NCBI GenBank assembly: GCA_013153135.1 | Contig: JAADFA010000039.1 | Location: 1-32,812, forward strand | Length of the DNA stretch: 32,812 nucleotides | Direction of reading: 5' to 3' | DNA from: Chloroflexota bacterium | Lineage (GTDB): Bacteria > Chloroflexota > Anaerolineae > Anaerolineales > DRMV01 | Shown: positions 8,846-17,475 of the stretch, piece by piece | Layout: the number at the start of each line of letters is the position of its first letter | Numbering within the stretch: position 1 is the stretch's first letter | Program-made: the position numbers and the translations under genes | The notes under the pieces: generated by a model | What the model was told of the DNA's origin: nothing | Seen by the model: only the letters and a program-made list of their open reading frames with translations | Databases searched by the model: none

Positions 8846-10126
8846 TTACTTGGCCATCTCCAGCACTGGGGGCTGGCTATACCATACGCTTGGGTCGTAG
8901 CGTAAGGTCAGGCCCGCCTCGCCCCGCAGATCCAGGGAATAGCAGATGAGTTGCGCGTGCACGTTGGTTTCCGAGGTGCCCGAGAAGTGGCATTTATCAA
9001 ATTCGGCGCCGCCGGTTACTAGCGCGTTAGGCGCGAAGATGGTGCCCGAAATCGCCGAGTCGGGCGTGCCAGAGATGAAGACCTGGCTGTTGCCCGGGTC
9101 GTTCATGTAAACCAACATTCCGTGCCACTCCTGGCCGTTGGCGTCGACCAGGTGGGTGGGCGCGCTCACGTTGAAGCCCAGCGTACCCTCCAGCTTGAAG
9201 TCTCCTTCGGTGATGTAGAACATCACGCCCTGGCCTTCGACGCGGCCGCCAGTGGCGAGGAACTCGCCCCGCAGGCAGTAGAGGCCGGGCTCCAGGGTGA
9301 CCCGGACGCGGGCACCGGTGATCCAAATGCGGTCATAGGTGCCAGGCGAGAGGGTGACGTCGCCATCGTTGACACTGATGTGGACCGCTCCATAGTCCGG
9401 TCCGGAGCATGCGGGCTCGGGCAGGGTAGGCACCTGGATGGGCGCGACGCCGGTGACAGGGGTGGGCGAGATGGTCCCCGGACCGGCCTGGAAGTAGCCG
9501 CCCACGATGTGGATCCAGTCGCTGCTCACCTGGATGGCGCCTGTACCCCACATGGCTGCGCTGCACGAGGCATTGACGAAGATGCCTCCCTGGACGTCGA
9601 GCTCGGGGTTGCCGGTGACCTTGAGGCCGGGGCACACGTCTTGGCCCGTGGTGACCAGGGTGTAGCCCCAGAACATGGGTTGCGCGGGCCGGGCCCGGCT
9701 TTGCGCTTCGGCCTGGATGCCAGGGTCACCAGGGTAGACGAGCTGGATGAGGGCAGGGGGCACGTGGTCCTCGATGGTGACGGTCGTGTAGTAATACACG
9801 CCATCGGGCTCAGTCTGACGCTCGATGGTGACAGTTACCTTGGTGTCCTCGTCATTCGTGTAGCCATACTCTGCTGCGCGTTCCAGCGCGGCTGTTCGCG
9901 CGGCTTCCTCGGCCGCGGGGCCGATGGTTCCGTCGCTCAGCAACGGTGAGCGCACGATGACAAAGCCCGCAGCCATCGCGGCTGCGTCGGCGGCGCTTTG
10001 CGCGTTCCGCTTCGCGACGTACAACCGACCGCCATCAACAGCCAGTCCGGTCATAGCCAACAAACCCAACATACCAACGACAAATAAAATGATTGCCTGT
10101 CCACGCGTACGGTGTTTCCGCACCAT
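8846..10126 (-). CDS. TadG-like pilus assembly protein (Tad_N / TadE-G-like N-terminus)
   Basis: The N-terminus RTRGQAIILFVVGMLGLLAMTGLAVDGGRLYVAKRNAQSAADAAAMAAG matches the TadG-type signature. I set the start at ATG 10126 because a perfect RBS AGGAGG lies 6 nt upstream on the minus strand. The ORF-track start at 10207 would overlap the upstream tadE-like gene. Confidence 0.8.
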   Translation of the reverse strand: MVRKHRTRGQAIILFVVGMLGLLAMTGLAVDGGRLYVAKRNAQSAADAAAMAAGFVIVRSPLLSDGTIGPAAEEAARTAALERAAEYGYTNDEDTKVTVTIERQTEPDGVYYYTTVTIEDHVPPALIQLVYPGDPGIQAEAQSRARPAQPMFWGYTLVTTGQDVCPGLKVTGNPELDVQGGIFVNASCSAAMWGTGAIQVSSDWIHIVGGYFQAGPGTISPTPVTGVAPIQVPTLPEPACSGPDYGAVHISVNDGDVTLSPGTYDRIWITGARVRVTLEPGLYCLRGEFLATGGRVEGQGVMFYITEGDFKLEGTLGFNVSAPTHLVDANGQEWHGMLVYMNDPGNSQVFISGTPDSAISGTIFAPNALVTGGAEFDKCHFSGTSETNVHAQLICYSLDLRGEAGLTLRYDPSVWYSQPPVLEMAK

Positions 10127-10145
10127 GATCAACCTCCTCATCAAT

Positions 10146-10577
10146 TTAGGGCGTTCCTGTAGGGCAAAGGGCCGACGATTGCAGCACCGTTTGCAGTGCG
10201 TCTGCACTTAGGTGCACCGTACCGTCGGGTACAAACGTGCGTGCAAAGGGAAACAGAACCATGTGATCCGTGCTCACCGCAACCTTGACACGGGCACCCG
10301 GGCACGCATGCCCATCCGGAAAGGTGACGTCTACCGTCACTTCGTCTTCAGGTACTAGCGAGCTGAGGGCATCTTTTACGCGATCTTCAATCCCGGGCGT
10401 ATCTGCGGGGTTGATGGCCGCGTACGCCGCACCCTCTTGAGCTGCGTCCGAGAGTGCGGTGTATTTAAACAGCACAAACCCCACATCTACCACACCCGCG
10501 ATGAGCAATAGAAGTAAGGTGAAGAATAGGGTAAATTCCACTAAGGCTTGGCCTGAGGTACGTCGTATCGTCATCAT
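10146..10577 (-). CDS. TadE-like pseudopilin
   Basis: The N-terminus RRTSGQALVEFTLFFTLLLLLIAGVVDVGF has a prepilin-like G/Q-x-x-x-E-F followed by a hydrophobic helix. The start lies 4 nt after the stop of the upstream gene, and the RBS GAGAGGTGA spans that stop. Confidence 0.8.
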   Translation of the reverse strand: MMTIRRTSGQALVEFTLFFTLLLLLIAGVVDVGFVLFKYTALSDAAQEGAAYAAINPADTPGIEDRVKDALSSLVPEDEVTVDVTFPDGHACPGARVKVAVSTDHMVLFPFARTFVPDGTVHLSADALQTVLQSSALCPTGTP

Positions 10578-10581
10578 GGTT

Positions 10582-11577
10582 TCACCTCTCCAGAAGTCGT
10601 CCCGCCCAACAGTAGTAAAGTCGGTCTAAAGTTTGCGAAAGCTCATCATTGGCAAAGCGGGCGTAGACAGTGATTCGTACGGAATCGCCATGAGCGATTT
10701 CCATGTCCGCGAAATCCCACACGGTGGGATTCGGGTCGGCCGCAGGCAGGTCATCCCAAAGGTAAAAATCCGCGCTAAGCTGGGCATGATAGGATTGTGC
10801 TGGTTGGGTCCAGCTCGGGTTAGGTTCCCAACTCGCGCTTTGGAGTACGCATTGGCGGCCGAGGCTGCGGTAGCCCACGCGCAGGTTAACCGGCGGTAGC
10901 GCGACCGGGGTTGGCGTGTGGGTCGGCGTAGCGGTTGAGGTCGCGGTTGCAGTAGGTGTTGGCGGTGGTGTGGTCGCGGTTGGGGTCGGCGTTATGGTAG
11001 CCGTGGGCGTCGCGGTAGCCGTGGCCGTGTAGGTACTGGTCGGTGTGGCAGTAGCTGTTGGTGTACCTGTTCCGCTCCACACCGCGGGGTGGTCGACGGT
11101 AATTTGGGCCAAGATGGTCCGTTTAGCTGTCGAGCGCAACGTCATCGACACCGAGGGAACCAAGGGAACCCAGGGCTTGTACTCCGCTTCAACGGTTACC
11201 AATACGCGCACACCTTTGGGGTCCGGGATCACGATGCGATCGACACCCGGCGGGCACTCCGCGAACACGGGAGTGTCGGGGCCACGATCGTATTGGATAC
11301 GTATGTCGTCCGGTTCCACACCCACGCTGCGCGCTAAGCGCAGCGCGGCGTCTCGGATACCTGCGCAGTCTTCATAGCGCGGCACCATAGGATCGCGGGG
11401 GCTCGCACCCACCGCGGCTGCATAGCGCGCGGCCTCTCGCGCGCCCATGATGACGGACGCGTACGTCCATACCAGGTGACCGAATTCAAAGAGCCCGGCC
11501 ACGATGAGCAAAACCAACGTGATGACTAGTGCGAACTCCAGTAGAGCTTGTGCGCGCTTAGCATAACGGATCCGCAT
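10582..11577 (-). CDS. TadE-like pseudopilin fused to a Thr/Pro/Ala-rich linker and an extra C-terminal domain
   Basis: The N-terminus KRAQALLEFALVITLVLLIVAGLFEFG is TadE-type. A low-complexity linker of T/P/A spans about aa 168-225 (nt about 10903-11076). It is followed by a unique C-terminal domain of about 105 aa with 2 Cys. An RBS GGGGGAG lies upstream of ATG 11577. Confidence 0.8.
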   Translation of the reverse strand: MRIRYAKRAQALLEFALVITLVLLIVAGLFEFGHLVWTYASVIMGAREAARYAAAVGASPRDPMVPRYEDCAGIRDAALRLARSVGVEPDDIRIQYDRGPDTPVFAECPPGVDRIVIPDPKGVRVLVTVEAEYKPWVPLVPSVSMTLRSTAKRTILAQITVDHPAVWSGTGTPTATATPTSTYTATATATPTATITPTPTATTPPPTPTATATSTATPTHTPTPVALPPVNLRVGYRSLGRQCVLQSASWEPNPSWTQPAQSYHAQLSADFYLWDDLPAADPNPTVWDFADMEIAHGDSVRITVYARFANDELSQTLDRLYYCWAGRLLER

Positions 11578-11803
11578 GGTTCGCCCTCGCTCCCCCTATG
11601 GGTGACATTTTGCTGTACTGCAGAACGCATCCTTGGGGTCTGGTGTTACACTTGAATACCATGAGCTTCCTCACATGCTCAGCCATAAGCCCTTTCGGCA
11701 GGTTATGCTCCTATCCCTTATATCCCTGGTAAGTGTGGGAGATCTTATGCCTTGGCTTCGGGTACAATAAAGCCATACTTACTCCCGCCCCGCGAGGTGT
11801 CCC

Positions 11804-12523
11804 ATGGCCGACCCTGCCCATGATGTTGCCCGAGCGATTGCTGCGTGGTCCGATCCCGCGCGGCCGTTCGTCACCCTGACCTATGCCCAAACTCTCGATG
11901 GCAGCATCGCAGTTCGCCCGGACGTGGGTTTGGCGATAAGCAGCCCCGAAACCAAACGACTCACCCATCGTCTGCGCGCGCGGCACGATGGTATCTTGGT
12001 AGGTGTGGGCACGGTTTTGGCGGATGACCCTAAGCTCACCGCGCGGCGGGTCGGTGGTCCCCATCCGACGCCCATCATTTTGGATAGCCGCCTGCGGACT
12101 CCGCCTACCGCGCGGGTATTTGAACATCCGAAACCGCCCATCATCCTGACCTCCGAAGACGCGGATGACGCTCGCGAATCTGAGTTGATACTCGTAGGTG
12201 CCCGGGTGGTGCGTGTGCCGTCTACGGATGAAGGGCTGGATTTGGCCGCCGCGTTAGCGCGTTTGCGCGCTTTGGGTCTGAAGAGCGTGATGGTCGAAGG
12301 TGGAGCCCAGGTGCTCACGTCGTTTTTGCGCGAACAGCAGGCCCAATGGGCTGTGATCACCATCGCGCCGTATCTGCTCGGCGGCTACAACGCGCTGACC
12401 GGCCTGGTTACTGATCGGGAACCCCCGCCCCTCCGCCTTGAGGCCTATCCCCGCATTGAGCCCGCGACGTGGCGCGGCTATGGTCGGGATATGGTCGTAT
12501 GGGGCCCCTTACAATGGGCTTAA
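11804..12523 (+). CDS. RibD C-terminal domain reductase (diaminohydroxyphosphoribosylaminopyrimidine reductase type, stand-alone)
   Basis: LTYAQTLDGSIA near the N-terminus and MVEGGAQVLTSFL later are typical of the RibD_C/DHFR-like reductase fold. No deaminase domain is attached. Confidence 0.75.
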   Translation: MADPAHDVARAIAAWSDPARPFVTLTYAQTLDGSIAVRPDVGLAISSPETKRLTHRLRARHDGILVGVGTVLADDPKLTARRVGGPHPTPIILDSRLRTPPTARVFEHPKPPIILTSEDADDARESELILVGARVVRVPSTDEGLDLAAALARLRALGLKSVMVEGGAQVLTSFLREQQAQWAVITIAPYLLGGYNALTGLVTDREPPPLRLEAYPRIEPATWRGYGRDMVVWGPLQWA

Positions 12524-12571
12524 TCGCTTTGGGCATTCCCGCGGTTTCGCGCGGTTTGGTTGGAGGTGACG

Positions 12572-13345
12572 ATGATGGCGTCAGCCCCCCGGTTTTTGTT
12601 GTTACAGGCGCGCAATCCTGATGACCCGGTTCGGGAGAGCGAGCGCCGCGACTTCTTATGGGCGACCGGCCTGCCGGACGAAGCCATCGAGGCCTATGAT
12701 TTGCTGCAGGGACCGCCCCCGCGCAGTCTGTGGCAGCGTTACGATGGCCTCTTCGTTGGCGGGAGCGGTGAGTACAATGTTTCGGATGGCAGCTGTCCCC
12801 ACTTGGATGCTACGTTGGACTTCCTAAATGACCTGATCGCCGCGGGCAAGCCCATGTTTGCGTCATGTTTCGGTTTTCAACTGTTGGCTGTGGCGCTGGG
12901 TGGGCGGGTCGAACGGGATATCAGCCGGACCGAGGTGGGCACCTTCCGCATTTACCTTACGCCTCAAGGTCAGGCCGATGAGCTCTTCGGACGCCTGCCT
13001 CCGGCTTTCGACGCGCAATTGGGGCATAAGGAGCACGTCACCCAATTCCCCAGCGAGCGCGCGGTGCCCCTAGCCTATTCAGACCTATCACCCTATCAGG
13101 CTTTGCGCATCCCAGGCGTGCCTATCTGGGCGACCCAGTTTCACCCCGAGCTCAATCGCGAAAGCAATTTGGGCCGGCTTATGCGTTATCGTGAGGTATA
13201 CGTGCGCACATTGGGTCCTGAAGCCTTTGAGCGCTTGGTAGCCAATTTCCGTGAGAGCCCTGAGGCCAATATGCTCCTTCCGTGGTTCCTGGACCTGGTC
13301 TTCGGCTGGCGTTCGCCGCGTTTGACCTCGAACTCGCGCTCATGA
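12572..13345 (+). CDS. Class I glutamine amidotransferase (GATase1) family protein
   Basis: The nucleophile elbow FASCFGFQLL and the QFHPE histidine motif are present. I chose the start at ATG 12572, 5 nt after GGAGG (12562-12566). The ORF-track TTG at 12560 overlaps that RBS. Confidence 0.8.
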   Translation: MMASAPRFLLLQARNPDDPVRESERRDFLWATGLPDEAIEAYDLLQGPPPRSLWQRYDGLFVGGSGEYNVSDGSCPHLDATLDFLNDLIAAGKPMFASCFGFQLLAVALGGRVERDISRTEVGTFRIYLTPQGQADELFGRLPPAFDAQLGHKEHVTQFPSERAVPLAYSDLSPYQALRIPGVPIWATQFHPELNRESNLGRLMRYREVYVRTLGPEAFERLVANFRESPEANMLLPWFLDLVFGWRSPRLTSNSRS

Positions 13346-13357
13346 GGGATAGCCGCG

Positions 13358-14170
13358 ATGCGCGAACCCCTCATCCGCAGCCCGCGTAATCCGCGTATTA
13401 AGGCGGCCCGCCGGTTGAATCGTCCCCGAGCCCGCCGGGAAACAGGCCGTTTTTTGGTCGAGGGCCTTACCCATATTGCAGCCGCGCTGGAGGCCGGTGG
13501 ATGGTTAGAAACTTTATTCTGGGCTCCTGAACGCTTGCGTAGCGCGTTCGGTCAGGATGTGATCGATCGAGCGCGCGCGGCGGGTGTGGAGGTTATCCCG
13601 GTCACGTCTGAGGTGCTTGACGCCCTTTCGCCCAAGGACACGTCCCAGGGTATGGTCGCGGTCGCACGGCAGCGATGGACACGGCTGGACGAGCTCTCGC
13701 CGCACGAGCATTCGTGGCTGGTAGCTATGGTCGCGCCGCAAGACCCGGGCAATGTGGGCACGGTCTTGCGCACCATGGACGCGGCTGGCGCTTCGGCGTG
13801 GGTTCGGCTCGAGGGCGGAACCGATCCCTTTCATCCTACCGCGGTGCGCGCGAGCATGGGCGCGGTGTTTTGGCTCCCTGTGGTCGATGCGCGGTGGTCG
13901 GATTTCGTTGTCTGGGCCCGGCCGCGCGGTTATGTGCTGTATGGGTCCTCGGCCCACGCGGCTCAGACGTATCGCTCGCTTCATTATCAACGGCCGCGGG
14001 TCCTGGTGTTAGGCAACGAGCGCACCGGCTTGACGCCCGAACAGCGCGCGGCTTGTCACCACGTGGTACGCATTCCTATGGTGGGACGGGTGCGCTCGCT
14101 GAATGTGGCTGTGGCCGCGGGGCTGTTGCTTTACGCGATGCGTGAGCTCGAGGCTGGGCAGGAGGCATGA
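13358..14170 (+). CDS. TrmH/SpoU-family RNA 2'-O-methyltransferase
   Basis: SpoU motifs GNVGTVLRT, LVLGNERTGL and IPMVGRVRSLNVAVAAGLLLY are present, with an N-terminal substrate-binding-type domain. Confidence 0.85.
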   Translation: MREPLIRSPRNPRIKAARRLNRPRARRETGRFLVEGLTHIAAALEAGGWLETLFWAPERLRSAFGQDVIDRARAAGVEVIPVTSEVLDALSPKDTSQGMVAVARQRWTRLDELSPHEHSWLVAMVAPQDPGNVGTVLRTMDAAGASAWVRLEGGTDPFHPTAVRASMGAVFWLPVVDARWSDFVVWARPRGYVLYGSSAHAAQTYRSLHYQRPRVLVLGNERTGLTPEQRAACHHVVRIPMVGRVRSLNVAVAAGLLLYAMRELEAGQEA

Positions 14171-14718
14171 CCGTGCGTTGGTGGGTGTGGTTCGCGCTTG
14201 GCCTGCTTGGATTGGGTATCGCGTGCCAGGCAAAGGGAACGCTTTCGCCTTCTGAGCCCCTCGCGTCGCAGACGTTGCCCCAGGCTACGGTCGTGCCCTT
14301 GCCCACGCGACCGGTCCCCGACCCGCGTACGGCCACCGCCTCGCGGCCGAACTTTGAGGCCCGAGCTACGCCTTCCCCCAGCCCAACGGCTGCACTTTCG
14401 ACCTCGTTCACGCCGCCACCTCCGCCGTTGCCCTGGCCCAAGGATGCGACGCCGCAAGCCGGACTGCCTGGGGTATGGCTCGCGGTGTGGCCCCAGGGCG
14501 ATTTTGACGCGGCGCGCGCGTTTTACGACGACTTGGTCGAAACGGGACAGGCGCGCATCCTCGCGACGTATGGCCCCAAGGGGTACGGCTACCTTTATTT
14601 GCTCGTGGAAGATCAAACCACCACGCGGTGGCGCGTGTTTGTGACATTGCGCCGCGAAGGTGGCGTGGATATTACCCTTATGAGCGATGTAACTCCCTCG
14701 CCTCAGGAGACGCCATGA
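14167..14718 (+). CDS. Exported/lipoprotein-like hypothetical protein with Pro-rich linker
   Basis: The signal peptide WWVWFALGLLGLGIAC carries a Cys. A P/T/S-rich segment follows, then a unique domain of about 85 aa. ATGA overlaps occur at both ends (14167-14170 and 14715-14718). Confidence 0.6.
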   Translation: MTVRWWVWFALGLLGLGIACQAKGTLSPSEPLASQTLPQATVVPLPTRPVPDPRTATASRPNFEARATPSPSPTAALSTSFTPPPPPLPWPKDATPQAGLPGVWLAVWPQGDFDAARAFYDDLVETGQARILATYGPKGYGYLYLLVEDQTTTRWRVFVTLRREGGVDITLMSDVTPSPQETP

Positions 14719-15848
14719 GCCCCATGCGCCCTCCCTTCCGCTTTGAGGTGTTGGCGACCCATGGCCGGGCCCGGGCGGGCATTTTGCACACGCCCCACGG
14801 CCCGATTCCCACACCCATTTTTGCCCCTGTGGGCACGCAAGCTACAGTCAAGGCCCTGACCCCAGCTCAACTGCTTGAGATGGATGTCTCCCTGATCTTG
14901 GCAAATACGTATCATTTGTACCTGCGGCCCGGGGACGAGCTTATCGCTGAGCTAGGCGGTTTGCATCGGTTTATGGCTTGGCCACGGCCGATCTTGACAG
15001 ACTCAGGCGGGTTTCAAGTCTTTTCCCTGGCCAAATTGCGAGAGATCGACGACGATGGGGTTACCTTCCGCAGCCATCTGGACGGCTCCGTGCATCGCTT
15101 TACGCCCGAGCTATCCATCCGCATTCAAGAGAACCTGGGCGCGGATATCATCATGGCCTTTGACGAGTGCCCGCCGCCTTATGACCGTGCATACAACGAG
15201 CGCGCGCTCGAACGGACGCATCGCTGGGCAGAACGTAGCCTTAAGGCCCACACCCGTCGCGATCAAGCGTTGTTCGGCATTGTACAAGGCGGCGTGTTCC
15301 CCGACCTGCGGGAGCGTTCGGCCCGTTTTCTGACGTCGCTGGATTTTCAGGGATATGCGATCGGTGGCTTATCGGTTGGCGAAACCAAGGCCGAGATGTA
15401 CCGCATGATCGAGATCGTGAACGATATTCTGCCCAAGGATAAACCGCGTTACCTCATGGGCGTTGGTACGCCCGAGGACCTGGTGGAGGGCATTTTGCGC
15501 GGGGTAGATATCTTCGATTGTGTCCTGCCGACGCGTTTGGCCCGGCACCACGCGGCCATGTTGGCGCAGGGGGGACGGTTGAACATGCGCCGCGCGGAAT
15601 TCGCGCGCGACCCCCGGCCTATTGATGCTACCTGCGGTTGCTATACCTGTCGTCATTTCAGCCGAGCGTATGTGCGGCATCTCATTGTGGCCAAGGAGAT
15701 GCTCGCGGCGACGCTGCTCTCTATTCACAACATCTACACCCTTCTTCGCATTGTGCGCGAAATGCGCGAGGCTATCCTCGCGGGCACCCTGGACGATTGG
15801 GTGGCTCAGTGGCGAGCGGAAAGGGAGCAAGAAGCAAAGAGCGGGTAG
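14715..15848 (+). CDS. tgt: tRNA-guanine transglycosylase (queuine tRNA-ribosyltransferase)
   Basis: Motifs FRFEVLATHGRARAG, ILTDSGGFQV and GLSVGE are present, with the zinc site CGCYTCRHFSRAYVRHL. The start is ATG 14715, preceded by an AGGAGA RBS at 14705-14710. The ORF-track start at 14628 adds a non-homologous extension that overlaps the upstream gene. Confidence 0.95.
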   Translation: MSPMRPPFRFEVLATHGRARAGILHTPHGPIPTPIFAPVGTQATVKALTPAQLLEMDVSLILANTYHLYLRPGDELIAELGGLHRFMAWPRPILTDSGGFQVFSLAKLREIDDDGVTFRSHLDGSVHRFTPELSIRIQENLGADIIMAFDECPPPYDRAYNERALERTHRWAERSLKAHTRRDQALFGIVQGGVFPDLRERSARFLTSLDFQGYAIGGLSVGETKAEMYRMIEIVNDILPKDKPRYLMGVGTPEDLVEGILRGVDIFDCVLPTRLARHHAAMLAQGGRLNMRRAEFARDPRPIDATCGCYTCRHFSRAYVRHLIVAKEMLAATLLSIHNIYTLLRIVREMREAILAGTLDDWVAQWRAEREQEAKSG

Positions 15849-16173
15849 CAGGTGGCAAGGAGCAGGGAGTAGGAAGTTGGTGAGTAGTTATTAGTCGGCA
15901 GTCGGTAGTCGGTAGTAGGGGCGCACGGAAGTGCGCCCAGAGCAAGAAGCGGGAAGGTTGGAGGTTGGGAGTTGGAGGTTGGAGGTTAGCGATAAAGTTG
16001 ACAGTCGACAGCCGGCAGTCGGTAGTAGGGGCGCACGGCAGTGCGCCTAGGGCAGGAAGCAAAGAGCGAGGAGCGAGAAGGAAGTTAGAAGTTGGAGGGT
16101 GGTGGTTAGTAGTTGGCTTATCTGCTGACTAACGACTGTAAACTGCCGACTTTTACCGCCAACCACCAACCTC
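15849..16173. repeat. Composite intergenic repeat block, same family as 1-288, mostly in inverted orientation
   Basis: AGTCGGY heptads lie at 15893-15913 and heptad-like units at about 16002-16028. The hairpins are GGGCGCAC-GGAA-GTGCGCCC (15919-15938) and GGGCGCAC-GGCA-GTGCGCCT (16029-16048), each preceded by GGTAGTAG. GRRGGTT heptads x5 lie at 15953-15987. The distal part flips orientation (CGACT heptads about 16126-16150, then CCAACCACCAACCTC). The segment AGCGAGGAGCGAGAAGGAAGTTAGAAGTTGGAGG matches the reverse complement of 225-265. Confidence 0.8.
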
Positions 16174-17475
16174 TTACCTCGCGTCCTCGGCCCTGGCTAT
16201 CGCGCTGCCCTTTTCCACGTCCACCCATGGGAGCAGCGCTAGTCCCACGACAAAGAAGAGAATGACGGCAAGGATACCATTGCGGCCGCTGCCCATGGTC
16301 TGGGTAATGACGCCTACGACTGCAGGGCCTGCGATGCCCGCGAACTTGGCACTTACGCTGAAGAACGCGAAGAACTCGGCTGACTTGCTCTTAGGGATAA
16401 GGCGGCTGTAGAGGGAACGGCTGAGGGCTTGGCTGCCCCCCTGGACCATGGCCACGCCAAATCCCAGGAGCCAGAAATGCCATGCCTCGCGCATAAAGTA
16501 TGCGCCGATGGTAATGAGGATATATACACTGATGGCTAGATACAGTCCGCGTTTGGCCCCAATACGTTTAGCTAAATAACCAAAGAGCAACGAGAACGGA
16601 ATACCCACAAACTGCACCATCAAGATAGTACCGATGAGGTCCGTCTCTTTGAGTCCGATTTCGGAGCCATAAATGGTAGCCATTTTGATAATGGTACTTA
16701 TACCATCGTTATAGAACCAAAACGCAATAAGGAACTTAAGTAATTCGCTGAATTTTCGGATTTCGCGGAAAGTCTCGGCCAGCTGTCGGAAGCCCGCGAC
16801 CACGGGGTTGAGTCCAGCCCATTTTGGGTTGGGCCGCGCGGGCGGTTCTGGTACCCATTTCCATAGGGGAATGGTGAAGACGAACCACCACACCGCGACG
16901 GAGAGCAACGACAGGCGGGTCATGAGCCCCTTTTGCTCTTCGGGTGCGAGCATGATCATGGCTAAGTTGATGGCTAGCAGAATACCTCCACCCAAATAGC
17001 CCATGGCATACCCTAAGGTCGAGACAATATCGACCTCATCCTCACGCGCGACGTGGGGTAGCAACGCGTCATAAAAGACGTTCGCAGCCGCGAAGCCTAC
17101 ATTGCCGATGATGTAAAAGAGCGATGCTTTAAGCCAATCTCCCGTGTAAACGAAGTATAGCAGCGCGGTACCGAACATACCGAGCAGCGCGAACGCGGTG
17201 AGAAAGAGCTTTTTGCGGCCTTTTTGGTCCGCGATGGCACCGAGAACAGGCGTGAGGAGCGCGACGATAAGAAGTGCGATGGACGCTGTATAGCCCCAGT
17301 AGGCTGTGGTGCGTGCGTCTCCTAACACAGGTGACGCGATAGCGTGGTAATACACCGGCAAGACCGCGACCATTACGGTAGTCGCGAACGCGGAGTTGGC
17401 CCAGTCGTACATCACCCAGCCCCAAATGGCCTTGCGCCGTTCGGGTGGAAAGCGGAAAAGATCCAGCCAGCGCAT
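16174..17475 (-). CDS. MFS transporter, UMF1/Atg22-like family
   Basis: The protein has about 12 hydrophobic segments, and the N-terminal WGWVMYDWANSAF motif is characteristic of this family. An RBS AAGGAGG precedes ATG 17475. GC is lower than in the neighbours (29/60 in 16621-16680). Confidence 0.8.
   Translation of the reverse strand: MRWLDLFRFPPERRKAIWGWVMYDWANSAFATTVMVAVLPVYYHAIASPVLGDARTTAYWGYTASIALLIVALLTPVLGAIADQKGRKKLFLTAFALLGMFGTALLYFVYTGDWLKASLFYIIGNVGFAAANVFYDALLPHVAREDEVDIVSTLGYAMGYLGGGILLAINLAMIMLAPEEQKGLMTRLSLLSVAVWWFVFTIPLWKWVPEPPARPNPKWAGLNPVVAGFRQLAETFREIRKFSELLKFLIAFWFYNDGISTIIKMATIYGSEIGLKETDLIGTILMVQFVGIPFSLLFGYLAKRIGAKRGLYLAISVYILITIGAYFMREAWHFWLLGFGVAMVQGGSQALSRSLYSRLIPKSKSAEFFAFFSVSAKFAGIAGPAVVGVITQTMGSGRNGILAVILFFVVGLALLPWVDVEKGSAIARAEDAR

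Noticed and set aside
11558-11686. A small minus-strand ORF (42 aa, MAEHVRKLMVFKCNT...) upstream of tadE, considered as a possible Flp pilin.
   Set aside because: - It has no Flp-like G/xxxxEY motif and no hydrophobic helix.
- It overlaps the tadE start out of frame.
- It has no RBS.
11578-11803. An FMN riboswitch upstream of the RibD-C gene, or a c-di-GMP riboswitch upstream of the tadE operon, in the 226-nt divergent spacer.
   Set aside because: - Neither strand shows the conserved RFN or GEMM-I core strings I recall. Only weak local hairpins are present.
- I also could not assign convincing -35/-10 pairs.
- cmsearch with RF00050 and RF01051 would be decisive.
15849-16173. A CRISPR array or a coding low-complexity gene in the tgt-MFS spacer.
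   Set aside because: - The repeat units are heptads and hairpins with variable order and orientation, not a regular repeat-spacer array.
- No start codon with RBS is present, and the region is full of inverted modules.
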